DNA from: Anaeramoeba ignava BMAN
Taxonomy: Eukaryota; Protista; Anaeramoebae
NCBI GenBank assembly: GCA_028826165.1
Contig: JAPDFW010000079.1
Coordinates: 1 to 64,000, forward strand
Reading direction: 5' to 3'
DNA length: 64,000 nt
This document shows, in pieces, positions 51,401 to 61,861 of the stretch; the first letter of the stretch is position 1; every line of letters starts with the position of its first letter. A model generated the notes under the pieces. The model saw only the letters and a program-made list of their open reading frames with translations. It did not search any database and was not told where the DNA came from. The position numbers and the translations under genes were made by a program.

Positions 51401-51932
51401 TACTCTCCAAATTCAAAAGGGAAAACTCAAATGATCCGTTTTGTAAATAATCTGAATTGTATTTCCACGTCAAAAAATCGTTATTTGACGAACCCTTCAA
51501 AAATAATCCGATCCAATCATAATAATCAGGAGTATACTCATACGGCAAATCCCATCTCACTTTCACTTGCTTTTCGTTAATTTCATCCACATACATTTTT
51601 GCTTGTTGAAAAGGAACCACTTCGAAAACATCAGAAACAAGAATGGATTTGTATTTGGAATCCGGCAAATATCGGATTTGCAGTTTTTTGTTGTTTACTT
51701 GATAGCTTTCAACTGACATTACTATTGACCCTTCAAGTTCCGAATTTGAGTTGTATGCATAAGTGATGTAATTGTTGTTTGTGTTTGTGGAAACATAAAG
51801 TGCTATCCAATCTGTGTCTTTTGGCTGGAAATTTTCTGGGAGTTTCCATTCAATTTCAAGTGTATTTTCGTTTGTTACTTGAGCTTTATTGTTTTCGCAA
51901 TTTTTAACCCTAATAAAATATTTCTTTTCCAT
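48488..51932 (-). CDS. ~8 SKICH-like Ig-fold domains + tandem BTB (frameshift in a G-run at ~49441)
   Basis: Repeated V.W.LP....P...DWIGLY......N..(F/Y)..W.Y...G...F.......FRY; C-terminal FCDFTI...VHKLIL and KVHKLILIARSNLFRGMFLSV. Confidence 0.8.
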
Positions 51933-52080
51933 TTAAAAAAAATGTAAATGAAAAAATGAAAATGAAAAAATGATTTTTAGAACTTTTTTATTTTAAAATA
52001 ATTAGGGAAAAAAAGAAAAGGAGAAAAATTTGATTTTAATTTTTTTTTTTTCATTTTCATTTTTTTCTTCTTTTTTAAAT

Positions 52081-53502
52081 ATGAAAAAAATAAATGAAAA
52101 AATTAAAAATGATATTTGGAGTTTTGGAAATAACAAAATTACAAAATTATTAACAAAAGAAACAAATGAAAACATAGAAAAAAAGCAAATCAACATTTTT
52201 CCAACAAATATTCCATTAAAAAGCATTTCACAAAATGATTTTGGAATAGTTTTTTTATATCACAATGGAGATTCAATAAAATATTCAATTGATTTAGAAA
52301 ATGAATTGGAAATCAAAATTCCGAATATTGAGAAAATATTAATGATTGGAATGAATCATGATTTAGTTCTGAGAAAAAACGGTGAATTTTATCTTCATCA
52401 ACAATATAAAAAGGGAAAATATTCAAGTCTCTCATTTAAAATTGTGCCTTTTATTGATGATGAAAAAGATCAATTCGTTTCAGATATTGTTTGTACTCCT
52501 GATTTGATATATTTATTGACTCAAAAAAACAACGTTTATCGAATTGATTTGGATCAACAATTTCATTTCCATTTTTCGAATGCACAAAATGTGCAAAAAT
52601 TGGTTCTTCTTAAATCAAATGTGGAAAAAATATTCACAAGTCATCATTCGTCTTCAGGATTTTTTTTGGATTTGGATGGCAAATTATTTGCGTTTGGAGC
52701 GAATGATTTTGGACAGCTTGGAGTGGGGTATTGTTGTTCAAATCAAGAAATCAAAGAGATTGAAAACATCCCAAAAGACAAAATAATTGATATTCAATTG
52801 GGAAAAGAGCACACAATTATTTTGGTTGAAGAAAATCTCCAAGGAAGAAAAATTGGGAGTGTTTATTCATCTGGAAATGCAAAATATAACGGATTTGGCA
52901 AGAACGAGGATGTTTATCAATTTTCCAAACTTGATTCGCCACTTCTTGACAACGAGAATATCATCCAAATTGGTGTCGGTTGTTTTCATTCAATTCTGCT
53001 CAGTTCATCAGGTAAAATTTTTGGATTTGGGAACAATCAAAATGGACAACTTGGAATTCCTAATTCAACTCTCCAAATGGTTCCAATTCAGATTGAACTA
53101 CCAGATCTCCTCTTTGATATCAGTTATTATAAAATATCCTGCGGATCTTCAAATACCTTCATTTATTCTTCTTTCTCTGATGGAATTGATGATGAAATGA
53201 TTTTTTTATTCAAAAGAAATGATGAAAATGTTGTTTTTGCAACTGTTGATAATCAAAAGATTTATGTTCCTAAAAAAATGTTGGATTATCGGTTAAAAAA
53301 TAAGGAATCAATTGAAAAAATACGAGAGATCATTTCCAAAAGAAGTTACAAACAAAGTATTGAAATTATTGAAATGATAATGTATGGAAAGGAAGAAATT
53401 GAAGATTTGGAATTGAAAAAAGAAATTCAGAAAATGTTAGTTGAAGAATCAATTATTGAAACAATATCAAGAATTAAAATATTAGAATCCAATAAAAAAT
53501 AA
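52081..53502 (+). CDS. RCC1-like repeat protein with a degenerate, truncated BTB-like tail
   Basis: FGANDFGQLG, QLGKEHT, GVGCFHSILL, FGNNQNGQLG, ISCGS; paralogous to 19221-21128. Confidence 0.85.
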   Translation: MKKINEKIKNDIWSFGNNKITKLLTKETNENIEKKQINIFPTNIPLKSISQNDFGIVFLYHNGDSIKYSIDLENELEIKIPNIEKILMIGMNHDLVLRKNGEFYLHQQYKKGKYSSLSFKIVPFIDDEKDQFVSDIVCTPDLIYLLTQKNNVYRIDLDQQFHFHFSNAQNVQKLVLLKSNVEKIFTSHHSSSGFFLDLDGKLFAFGANDFGQLGVGYCCSNQEIKEIENIPKDKIIDIQLGKEHTIILVEENLQGRKIGSVYSSGNAKYNGFGKNEDVYQFSKLDSPLLDNENIIQIGVGCFHSILLSSSGKIFGFGNNQNGQLGIPNSTLQMVPIQIELPDLLFDISYYKISCGSSNTFIYSSFSDGIDDEMIFLFKRNDENVVFATVDNQKIYVPKKMLDYRLKNKESIEKIREIISKRSYKQSIEIIEMIMYGKEEIEDLELKKEIQKMLVEESIIETISRIKILESNKK

Positions 53503-53639
53503 AATTAATTTATTTTTGGAATTAGGGAAAAAAATTTTTTTTATTGATTTTTGCTAGTTCAAATTTTGTTTTAATTTGAGTAAAAAAAAAAGTAAAATTT
53601 GTTTCTTTTCTTTCTGAAGAAGAAAAAAAAAAAAAAAAC

Positions 53640-54281
53640 TCAATCAATTTTCATATTCTCATTTACTTCATCAGAATCAGAAAGAATAGTTTTTTTGAGT
53701 TTTCTTTCGAAAGGGATTTTATGAATGCCATCTTTATCGATGATTTTAATAACAAAACCAATAGAACCGATAATGAATCTTCTATCCAATTCATCAATAC
53801 AACGAATAATAAGTTCGATAGCTTGGTCCTGATTAAGATCAGGTTTATAAAATTTGTCTAGAATACTTGAGACAAAATACGCAGCATAACCATGAGCGCC
53901 GTATTTGATTTCCTGAAGACTACCCAAGTAATCCAAGTAGTATAAAAAGCCTTTATCAGTATCAAAACCGCCCAAAAGGGAGTTAACAAAATAAGGATCT
54001 GAACGGATTCCATTTGCAAGTTCTTTTCGGATTAAATGAGCTGTTTCATCTGTTGTTAATTCAATATCGTGATTGAATTTATAAAGTGATACATAACGTG
54101 ATATTAATTCGCAAAATTGATCTCCATCTCCGATTTCTCCTCCTCGTGCCATTATTTTGTGCCCGTCTAATTCAACTAGTTTGTCGAAATCATCTTTCAT
54201 TCGCATTATTGATCGTCCTGTATTAGTGTCACTTGCCATAATAACAAAATCTTGTCCAACAATTCCTATTAATGAATCCAT
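53640..54281 (-). CDS. PSMB2: 20S proteasome subunit beta-4 (PSMB2/Pre1)
   Basis: MDSLIGIVGQDFVIMASD...GEIGDGDQFCELI...AHLIRKELA..IRSDPYFVNSLLGGFD...LYYLDYLGSL...AHGYAAYF...CIDELDRRF...VIKIIDKDGI. Confidence 0.95.
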   Translation of the reverse strand: MDSLIGIVGQDFVIMASDTNTGRSIMRMKDDFDKLVELDGHKIMARGGEIGDGDQFCELISRYVSLYKFNHDIELTTDETAHLIRKELANGIRSDPYFVNSLLGGFDTDKGFLYYLDYLGSLQEIKYGAHGYAAYFVSSILDKFYKPDLNQDQAIELIIRCIDELDRRFIIGSIGFVIKIIDKDGIHKIPFERKLKKTILSDSDEVNENMKID

Positions 54282-55842
54282 CTATTTTTAATTTTGATTT
54301 TTTTAAATTTAAATTTTGATTTTTATTTTTTTAAATTTAATTTTTAATTTAAATTTTGATTTATTTATTTTTTTAAATTTAAATTTTTTTTTTAATTTAA
54401 ATTTTGATTTAAAATTTTTTGATTTTTAAATTGAATTTTAATTTAAATTTTGATTTTTAAATTGAATTTGATTTATAAATTGAAATTGATTTATAAATTG
54501 AAATTGATTTATAAATTGAAATTGATTTTGAAATTGAAATTGAAATTGATTTATAAATTGAAATTGATTTTGAAATTGAAATTGAAATTGATTTATAAAT
54601 TGAAATTGAAATTGATTTATAAATTGAAATTGATTTATAAATTTGAAATAGATTTATAAATTGAAATTGATTTTGATTTATAAATTGAAATTGATTTTGA
54701 TTTATAAATTTAAATTGATTTATAAATTGAAATTGAAATTGATTTATAAATTGAAATATAAATTGATTTATAAATTGAAATTGATTTATAAATTTAAATT
54801 GATTTTGAAATTGATTTATAAATTGAAATTGATTTATAAATTGATTTATAAATTGAAATTGAAATTGATTTATAAATTTAAATTGATTTTGATTTATAAA
54901 TTGAAATTGATTTTGATTTATAAATTTAAATTGATTTATAAATTGAAATTGATTTATAAATTGATTTATAATTTGATTTATAAATTGAAATAGATTTATA
55001 AATTGATTTTGAAATTGATTTTGATTTATAAATTGATTTTAAATTGAAATTGATTTATAAATTGAAATTGAAATTGATTTATAAATTGAAATTGAAATTT
55101 ATAAATTGAAATTGATTTATAAATTGATTTGAAATTGATTTTGATTTATAAATTGATTTATAAATTGAAATTTATTTAAATTGATTTATAAATTGAAATT
55201 GATTTATAAATTGAAATTGATTTATAAATTGAAATTTAAATTGATTTATAAATTGAAATAGATTTATAAATTGAAATTGATTTATAAATTGAAATTGATT
55301 TATAAATTGAAATAGATTTATAAATTGAAATAGATTTATAAATTGAAATTGATTTATAAATTGAAATTGATTTTGATTTATAAATTGAAATTGATTTATA
55401 AATTGAAATTGATTTATAAATTGAAATTGATTTATAAATTGAAATTGATTTATAAATTGAAATTGATTTATAAATTGAAATTGATTTATAAATTGAATTT
55501 GATTTATAAATTGAAATTGATTTATAAATTGAATTTGATTTATAAATTGAAATTGATTTATAAATTGATTTTGAATTTGATTTTAAATTGAAATTGATTT
55601 TTTGAAATGAATTTTTTCTAAATTGAAATTGATTTTAAATTGAAATTGTAAATTGATTTTTGAATTTTGATTAATAAATTGATTTTGATTTATAAATTGA
55701 TTTTGATTTATAAATTGATTTTGATGTTTTTGAATAAAATTTAAATTGATTTTTGAAATTTTTTTAATTTAAGAATTTTGAAAAAAATTGGTTTGAATTT
55801 TTTTAATAATAAAAATATTAAATTGATTTTGAATAAAATAAC
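54282..55842 (-). other. Predicted 5'-UTR intron of PSMB2 filled with an 18-mer-type repeat (ATAAATTGAAATTGATTT)n
   Basis: Acceptor AATAG directly before the ATG; donor AG|GTTATT at 55842; TCATTT array on the minus strand at 55897-55914. Confidence 0.6.
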
Positions 55843-56064
55843 CTTTTTATGTTTTTAAAAGAAAAAGGAAAAATGTATTTAAGAAAATTGGAAAAAATGA
55901 AAAATGAAAAATGAAAAAAAAAATTAAAAAAAAATTTTGTTTAACTGAGAACATGAGTTAATTTTTTAAAATAATTACTAATTAATATTTTTTATTTTTT
56001 TTTTTTTTTTATTTTTTCATTTTTCATTTTTCATTTTTTTCAATTTAAATTTTAAATTTTAAAA

Positions 56065-56301
56065 ATGAATCAACAAAACCAAATTCAAAATAAAGAAGAT
56101 TTACAAGAATTTTCTAATTATTTTAATACTCAATTCCAAAAATATTTTGAAAATGAAAAAAAAAAATTAAATCAAAAAATTGAAAATTTAATAAAAAAAA
56201 AAAATCAAATACAAAAAATTGAAAATGAAATTGAAGATCAAAAACAAAAACTAGAAAATGAAACAACAATTTTTTTACAATTTTTTAATAAATTGAAATA
56301 A
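56065..56301 (+). CDS. Small coiled-coil protein (78 aa), unknown function
   Basis: ATG in AAAAATG context, preceded by a sense-strand TTTTCATTTTTCATTTTTCATT array; heptad-like E/K/Q/N-rich sequence. Confidence 0.5.
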   Translation: MNQQNQIQNKEDLQEFSNYFNTQFQKYFENEKKKLNQKIENLIKKKNQIQKIENEIEDQKQKLENETTIFLQFFNKLK

Positions 56302-56417
56302 ATATAAAATGAATATGAAAATGAATATTAAATGAATTTTGTTTTATTTATTGATTTTTTTTTGATTAAATTGAAATTGAAAAAAAAAATTGTTTTGTTT
56401 TGTTTTGTTTTGTTTTT

Positions 56418-59400
56418 TTAAAAAACTTTGAAATAAAGAACCAAAATAAGAATTAAGCAAGCGCAACAACTTAAACAACAACAATAAACTTTCCATTTAT
56501 GTTTTTTCCAACCAAATTTCATCATTTTATCAAGTCTCCATGGTGCAATACTTGATAAAGGACGATCCTAAATTCAAAATATAAAATATTTTAATTTAAA
56601 TTTATAAATTGATTTAGATTTATATTTAGATTTAGATTTAGATTTTGATTTATATTTAGATTTAGATTTAGATTTATATTTTGATTTTGATTTAAATTTT
56701 GATTTATATTTTGATTTTGATTTTGATTTATATTTATATTTATATTTAGATTTAGATTTTGATTTAAATTTATATTTATATTTATATTTAGATTTAAATT
56801 TAGATTTATATTTATATTTTGATTTATATTTTGATTTTGATTTTGATTTATATTTAGATTTAGATTTAGATTTAGATTTAGATTTAGATTTAGATTTAGA
56901 TTTATATTTAGATTTAGATTTAGATTTAAATTTATATTTAGATTTAGATTTAAATTTAGATTTAGATTTAGATTTAAATTTAGATTTAGATTTAGATTTA
57001 TATTTAGATTTTGATTTAAATTTAGATTTATATTTATATTTATATTTAGATTTTGATTTTGATTTATATTTATATTTATATTTATATTTATATTTTGATT
57101 TTAATTCTTACAGGCTTAGATAAAAATGGATACTGATTTGGATCTTTTCTTCCTTTCCCAACAGGTTTAGCAATAGCTTCAGCTTCAGTCAAAAGTGAAA
57201 TGGATAATTCCAAACTTCCTTGTTTGCCAGTAAAATTTGGATGAAGCATATCAATCCATTGTTTTTTAATATTTTGTTCAGTTTTTTGACGATAAGCTCT
57301 CTTACAAAAAGATTGCAAATCCAAAACGGATTCAGCAATACTATCATTTGCATTAAGAATATCTTTATCCCACAATTGGAACTTGAGCCTAGAAAACTTA
57401 GAAGGGATCTGGACAGGAAACACAAACCTCCAATTGAAAGAACCCTTCCCATCAGTGCTTCTCCAATGAATATCACTTTTCTGTCTTTCGCCGTTGTTGA
57501 ATTGGCAGGTAATAAAAATATCGCTCATTTTCTTGTCTTTGAACACAACATCCTTTGTATTCCAGGCAACTGCTCGAATTTCGAAATTTTCCTTTTGTGG
57601 AGGAAATAAAGGTAAAGGTGGATTTTCAAGTGCTTCTTTTTCTGTCATGATATCAAGCCACATCTCAATTTTCCCCTGTGGATTTGTCGAGCTTGAATTC
57701 CACAATGCTCGATACTCAATCGGTTTAGGTTGCATTTGTTTCCATTCGCTTGAAAACAAACGTGACTCAAGATCAATCACTGTTTTCCCAATTAATTCAT
57801 CTGATGTAATTGTGTCGTAATCATATACTGCTATTTCTAGACTAGAATTCCCAGGCACAATTGCAGGGATTTCATAGCATTTATAGAAATCAGGTCGTAA
57901 AGTTTTTTTTTGATAATTCTCTCGATCTGATTTTATAAACTCTTTCGTTTTTCCTGTTGACATGACAATGTATGGATCACTACTTCCGTTTGTGTCTTTT
58001 GGAACAAGATTCATCCCTCGTAAAATATATGCTCTCACAATATATTTCTGAGGCTGGAACATCTCAGCAAGTTTAGGTGGTGGGAGAATTCTTGATTTGT
58101 CTGTTGTGTCAAATATTTTGAAATTTCCTTTGAATTTTCCAACAACTCTTTTTGTGTTTGGATTCTGTGATTTTGAACGGAATTTCTTTTCAAAAGATGA
58201 TATTCCTCTCACTCTTCCTCGTGTCAAATCAAAATCAAAAAATGGGATATCGCGAAGATCATGTTCAAGTTCATATAGAATCTTCCCTCTCCCCATTCGA
58301 GGATCCTTATATTCCACAACTTCCTTCTCTTTTGCTTCATCTTCATCTTCATTATCATCATTCTTTTCTTCAATATCAAGTTCCTTTTCTTCAACATCGG
58401 GAAGTGTTCTAACTCCTAGAATCTCAGTTTCAATATCTGAAGTTTCTTCATTTTCAAAAGTTATTAACTTGTGGAAAACTTGGTTTGCTTCCTCAATAGA
58501 ATTTGGCAATGCATCACACATCAAAATCCTGTTTCTTTCCTCTCGATCTTTCTCTTCATCAACTTCCTCAACCTCTTCATCAATAGGTTCTCCTTCTTTA
58601 GTTGCCCCCGGTATCTTATCAACAATAGGGGGCAAGTTAGGATTTTTGAAAGGTATATTTGCCCATGGTATTAATGCTTCTAAAGAAACTGCTCCTGTTG
58701 CGATTAAAGAACTTCCGAGACCTTTTTGATCGAAAATCCTCAGCATAACAGAAGAGGCAAAAATGTGGTTCAGAGGAATCTCCACAGGCATTCGGAAAAC
58801 CTCAAGAAAATTTGGATTTGTTCCTGTGGGCAAAGATTGTGCACTTGTTTTCACGATGTATTTGCTTCGTTCTTTCTTCGTTTTAACTGTTCCTTGTGAG
58901 CAATCAAATTCAATAAAAGGTTTCTTGATTCGACTCATTTTATGCGGAAGTAAATCCCGCAATCCAATCGCAGAAATCTGCAGAAGACTTGATTTGAACT
59001 CAGGAATAATTGATTCGGGAAGAGGGAAACTTGAGACTTGGGAAATGGGGATTAACTGGAAAGAAGCCAAAATCTCTCCAAAACACAATTCTGGATCATT
59101 AACCCATAATTTATACCATTTCGGAATACCTGGGAACTTTTTGCCAATCTCATTGGTTTTGACATAAAAACGACCCAAAAAATCATCAGAACTGATCTTA
59201 TCCCAATCATAACACATGACAACAATGTCAGGCGCTAAATTAAGAGGCTCAGGAAGCTCAGTCTCAAAGGTTACTGTTTCGTACCAAGTCGGATATAATG
59301 TCTCCTCTTTTCGAGTTGTCTTAACAGACGATCCACCGAGCTTAACAATACAATAGGGATCTGAAAATCCTGTATCATCTGCTGGAGGAAGATCTTTTCC

Positions 59401-61375
59401 CTGATATATATGTGCTCTGACTTGATACTTCTTCATTGGCGGGCGCACAAGTTTACTTCTTGGAACAACTGAAATATCTTTTGCAACACCAGCATCCATT
59501 TTGTAAAGCAGAAATCCGGGTACATTGTCTAATTTTCCCACAGCTGAGTTGTGATCTGGCTCAAGCATCTGCCATTTGGGTTTTTGTGAGATGCCAAGTG
59601 CCTCAGAAAATGGGATTCGAAGATATCCTAATCTCGCCTTTCCAAGAACACGATTCTTGAGATACACATTTATGAAAATGTCAGGAATTTGAGAGTGATC
59701 TTTCGGATACTCAAAAGTGAGATCTTTAAAAGATTCGTACCAAGTGGCAATATTTTTTTTAGGGGATACTATTTTACTTCTTAATTTCAATGGCCCTATT
59801 GATAACTCAACAAAACATTTTTCCAATAGATTTGCAGGGAATTCTGCTCCTTCAAAAAGATCAAATCTCACAGTGTAATTCTCACTCGGAATAACTTTGG
59901 AAAAAACAGGGATTGTGTTTTTATCAGGTTTAGCATTAGGATCAACAACACTTTCCAATCCTAATAATATTCTGCCTTTATATTCAGAATTTTCAACAAC
60001 TTTTTTTTTAAATTTGGTTCTTAAGGAATTTTTGGGGGGACCATAAAGATTAATCCATTTAGGACCAATAGGACCATTTTCCAACTGAGAGAATTTGAAA
60101 AAAGTAGTTGCTATTAAATCATTACTTTTGGAATTTCTTTCCCAGTCGAAAACATTCAAGGATATCATTTCGGCAAGGGTTGGTTTTGAAACTGCAAGGA
60201 CTATTTCTTGGTTCCAAATGGGATTCAATGTTTTCTTTTTGACTTCAGTTCTTATTATTGGATTTGCTGCAAAGGAGACTTCAACAAATGGATCTGCGCT
60301 TCCAAACGTATCCATTTTGGGGAGATCTTCTGCTTTGTAGCAGTAGATTTTCAATTTATATCTTACTGTGTCGATAGAAGGTGGAGTCAAAATCATTGAT
60401 TTTAGATCTTCTTCTTCTTGTTTATCTTCATCATCTTCATCTTCTTCATTGTGAATTGGTGATTCTTCTCTTGGTCCTAATACTATACTTGAAAATTTCA
60501 AAAATCCTTTTATTCCTGGTTCGTTTGGATTTGTTAATACTGTCCATTTTCGCCAAATTTCATGACCTTTTTCTGAGTAAACTGTAAATATATCCATTGG
60601 GAATTGACCCTTTTTTTTATATAAAATTTTAATTTTATAAATGAATTTTAAATTTTATAAATGAATTTTGATTTTAATTTTAATTTTAATTTTGTAAATG
60701 AATTTTAATTATAATATTAATTCTAATTTTATAAATGAATTTTAATTTAATTTTATAAATGAATTTTAATTTTATAAATGAATTTAATTTTAATTTTATA
60801 AATGAATTTTAATATTATTTTTATAAATGAATTTTAATTTTATTTTTATAAATGAATTTTATTTTAATTTAATTTTGTAAATGAATTTTAATTTTAATTT
60901 ATAAATGAATTTTAATTTTAATTTATAAATGAATTTAATTTTAATTTTATAAATTAATTTTGATTTTAATTCTAATTCGATTTTTTACAATTAAAACATT
61001 TCTTCTAATTGTATTTGAATCATAAACTTGTATAGAAATATTTTTTAATTTAGCATCTTGAGGTTTCCATTTAAATTCAAAAAACATTAAATGGTCAAAA
61101 ACACAAGAAAGTGTATTTTTAAAAACTTGTGTTGTTTCTTTTTTATTATCAACAGTAACATAAACAACTGGATCACAAATTCCATTTGAAGCTCTTTAAT
61201 TAATTTAAAATTAATTTAATTCAAAATTAAATAAAAAAATTTTTTAATTGATTTTTTTTAATTGATTTTTTTTTTACTTTGCTTTTAATTCTCTACATTC
61301 AATTAAATGTATTCTCACTTGAAAATCTGCTCTTCCTTTTGAATCTAATAATTTCGGATTAAATTGAAAAGACAT
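56418..61375 (-). CDS. Ferlin (multi-C2, tail-anchored; no evident DysF domain, otoferlin/type-II-like); 4 exons
   Basis: Exon 1 MSFQFNP...FQVRIHLIECRELKA; exon 2 CDPVVYV...QVYDS; large exon with FerI-like RKWTVL...GFLK and C2 domains (AEDLPKMD..ADPFVEV; YQGKDLPPADDTGFSDPY; RAYILRG.NL.PKD.NG.SDPY; SDIHWRSTDGKGSFNWRF); last exon DRP...WKKHKWKVYCCCLSCCACLILILVLYFKVF*. Confidence 0.9.
56610..57100. repeat. Intronic (GATTTA/TATTTA/GATTTT)n hexamer array
   Basis: Fills the last ferlin intron. Confidence 0.9.
60620..60970. repeat. Intronic minisatellite (ATAAATGAATTTTAATTTT)n
   Basis: Fills ferlin intron 2; the same unit occurs in a NOMO intron at 29080-29250. Confidence 0.85.
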
Positions 61376-61861
61376 TTTTATTATTTATTTCTTATCTCTT
61401 CTTATTTATTATTTATTATTTTTAAAAAAGAAAAAAAATGAAAATTAAAAAAATTAAAAAAAAATATTTTCTTATAAAAAAAAAAAGCAAAATAAAAAGA
61501 AATAAAGAAAAAGCAAAAAAAGTGGAACAAAAATTAAAAATCTTTTTTAAAATCTTTTTTAAAAATCTTTATTAACAATAAATAAAAAAAAAGTATTTGA
61601 AAAAAAAAATTTTTTTTATTGATTTTTTTTTATTCTCCTTTTTCAAAAAAATAAAAGCAATAAATTTCTTCAATTTCTAAAAAAATTAAATTCTTCTTTC
61701 TTCTTTGATTTCTTCTTTGATTTCTTTTCCGTTCAATTTTTTTAATTCTAAAAAAAATAATTTTAATTTAAAACAAAAATAGAAATGAATTTGTTTTTTT
61801 TTTTGAAAACTTACAAAAAAAAAAAGAAAAGATATGAATAAATTTCCAATTTTTCATTTTG

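Noticed and set aside
24292-55591. ORFs made of (IL)n, (NF)n or (LIYK)n at 24292, 33773, 41477 and 54450-55591
   Set aside because: Translations of non-coding microsatellites and intronic repeats.
57189-60587. Multiple antisense or alternate-frame ORFs over ferlin; its higher GC as evidence of HGT
   Set aside because: Ferlin is a eukaryotic family with normal introns here; the antisense ORFs lack recognisable features.
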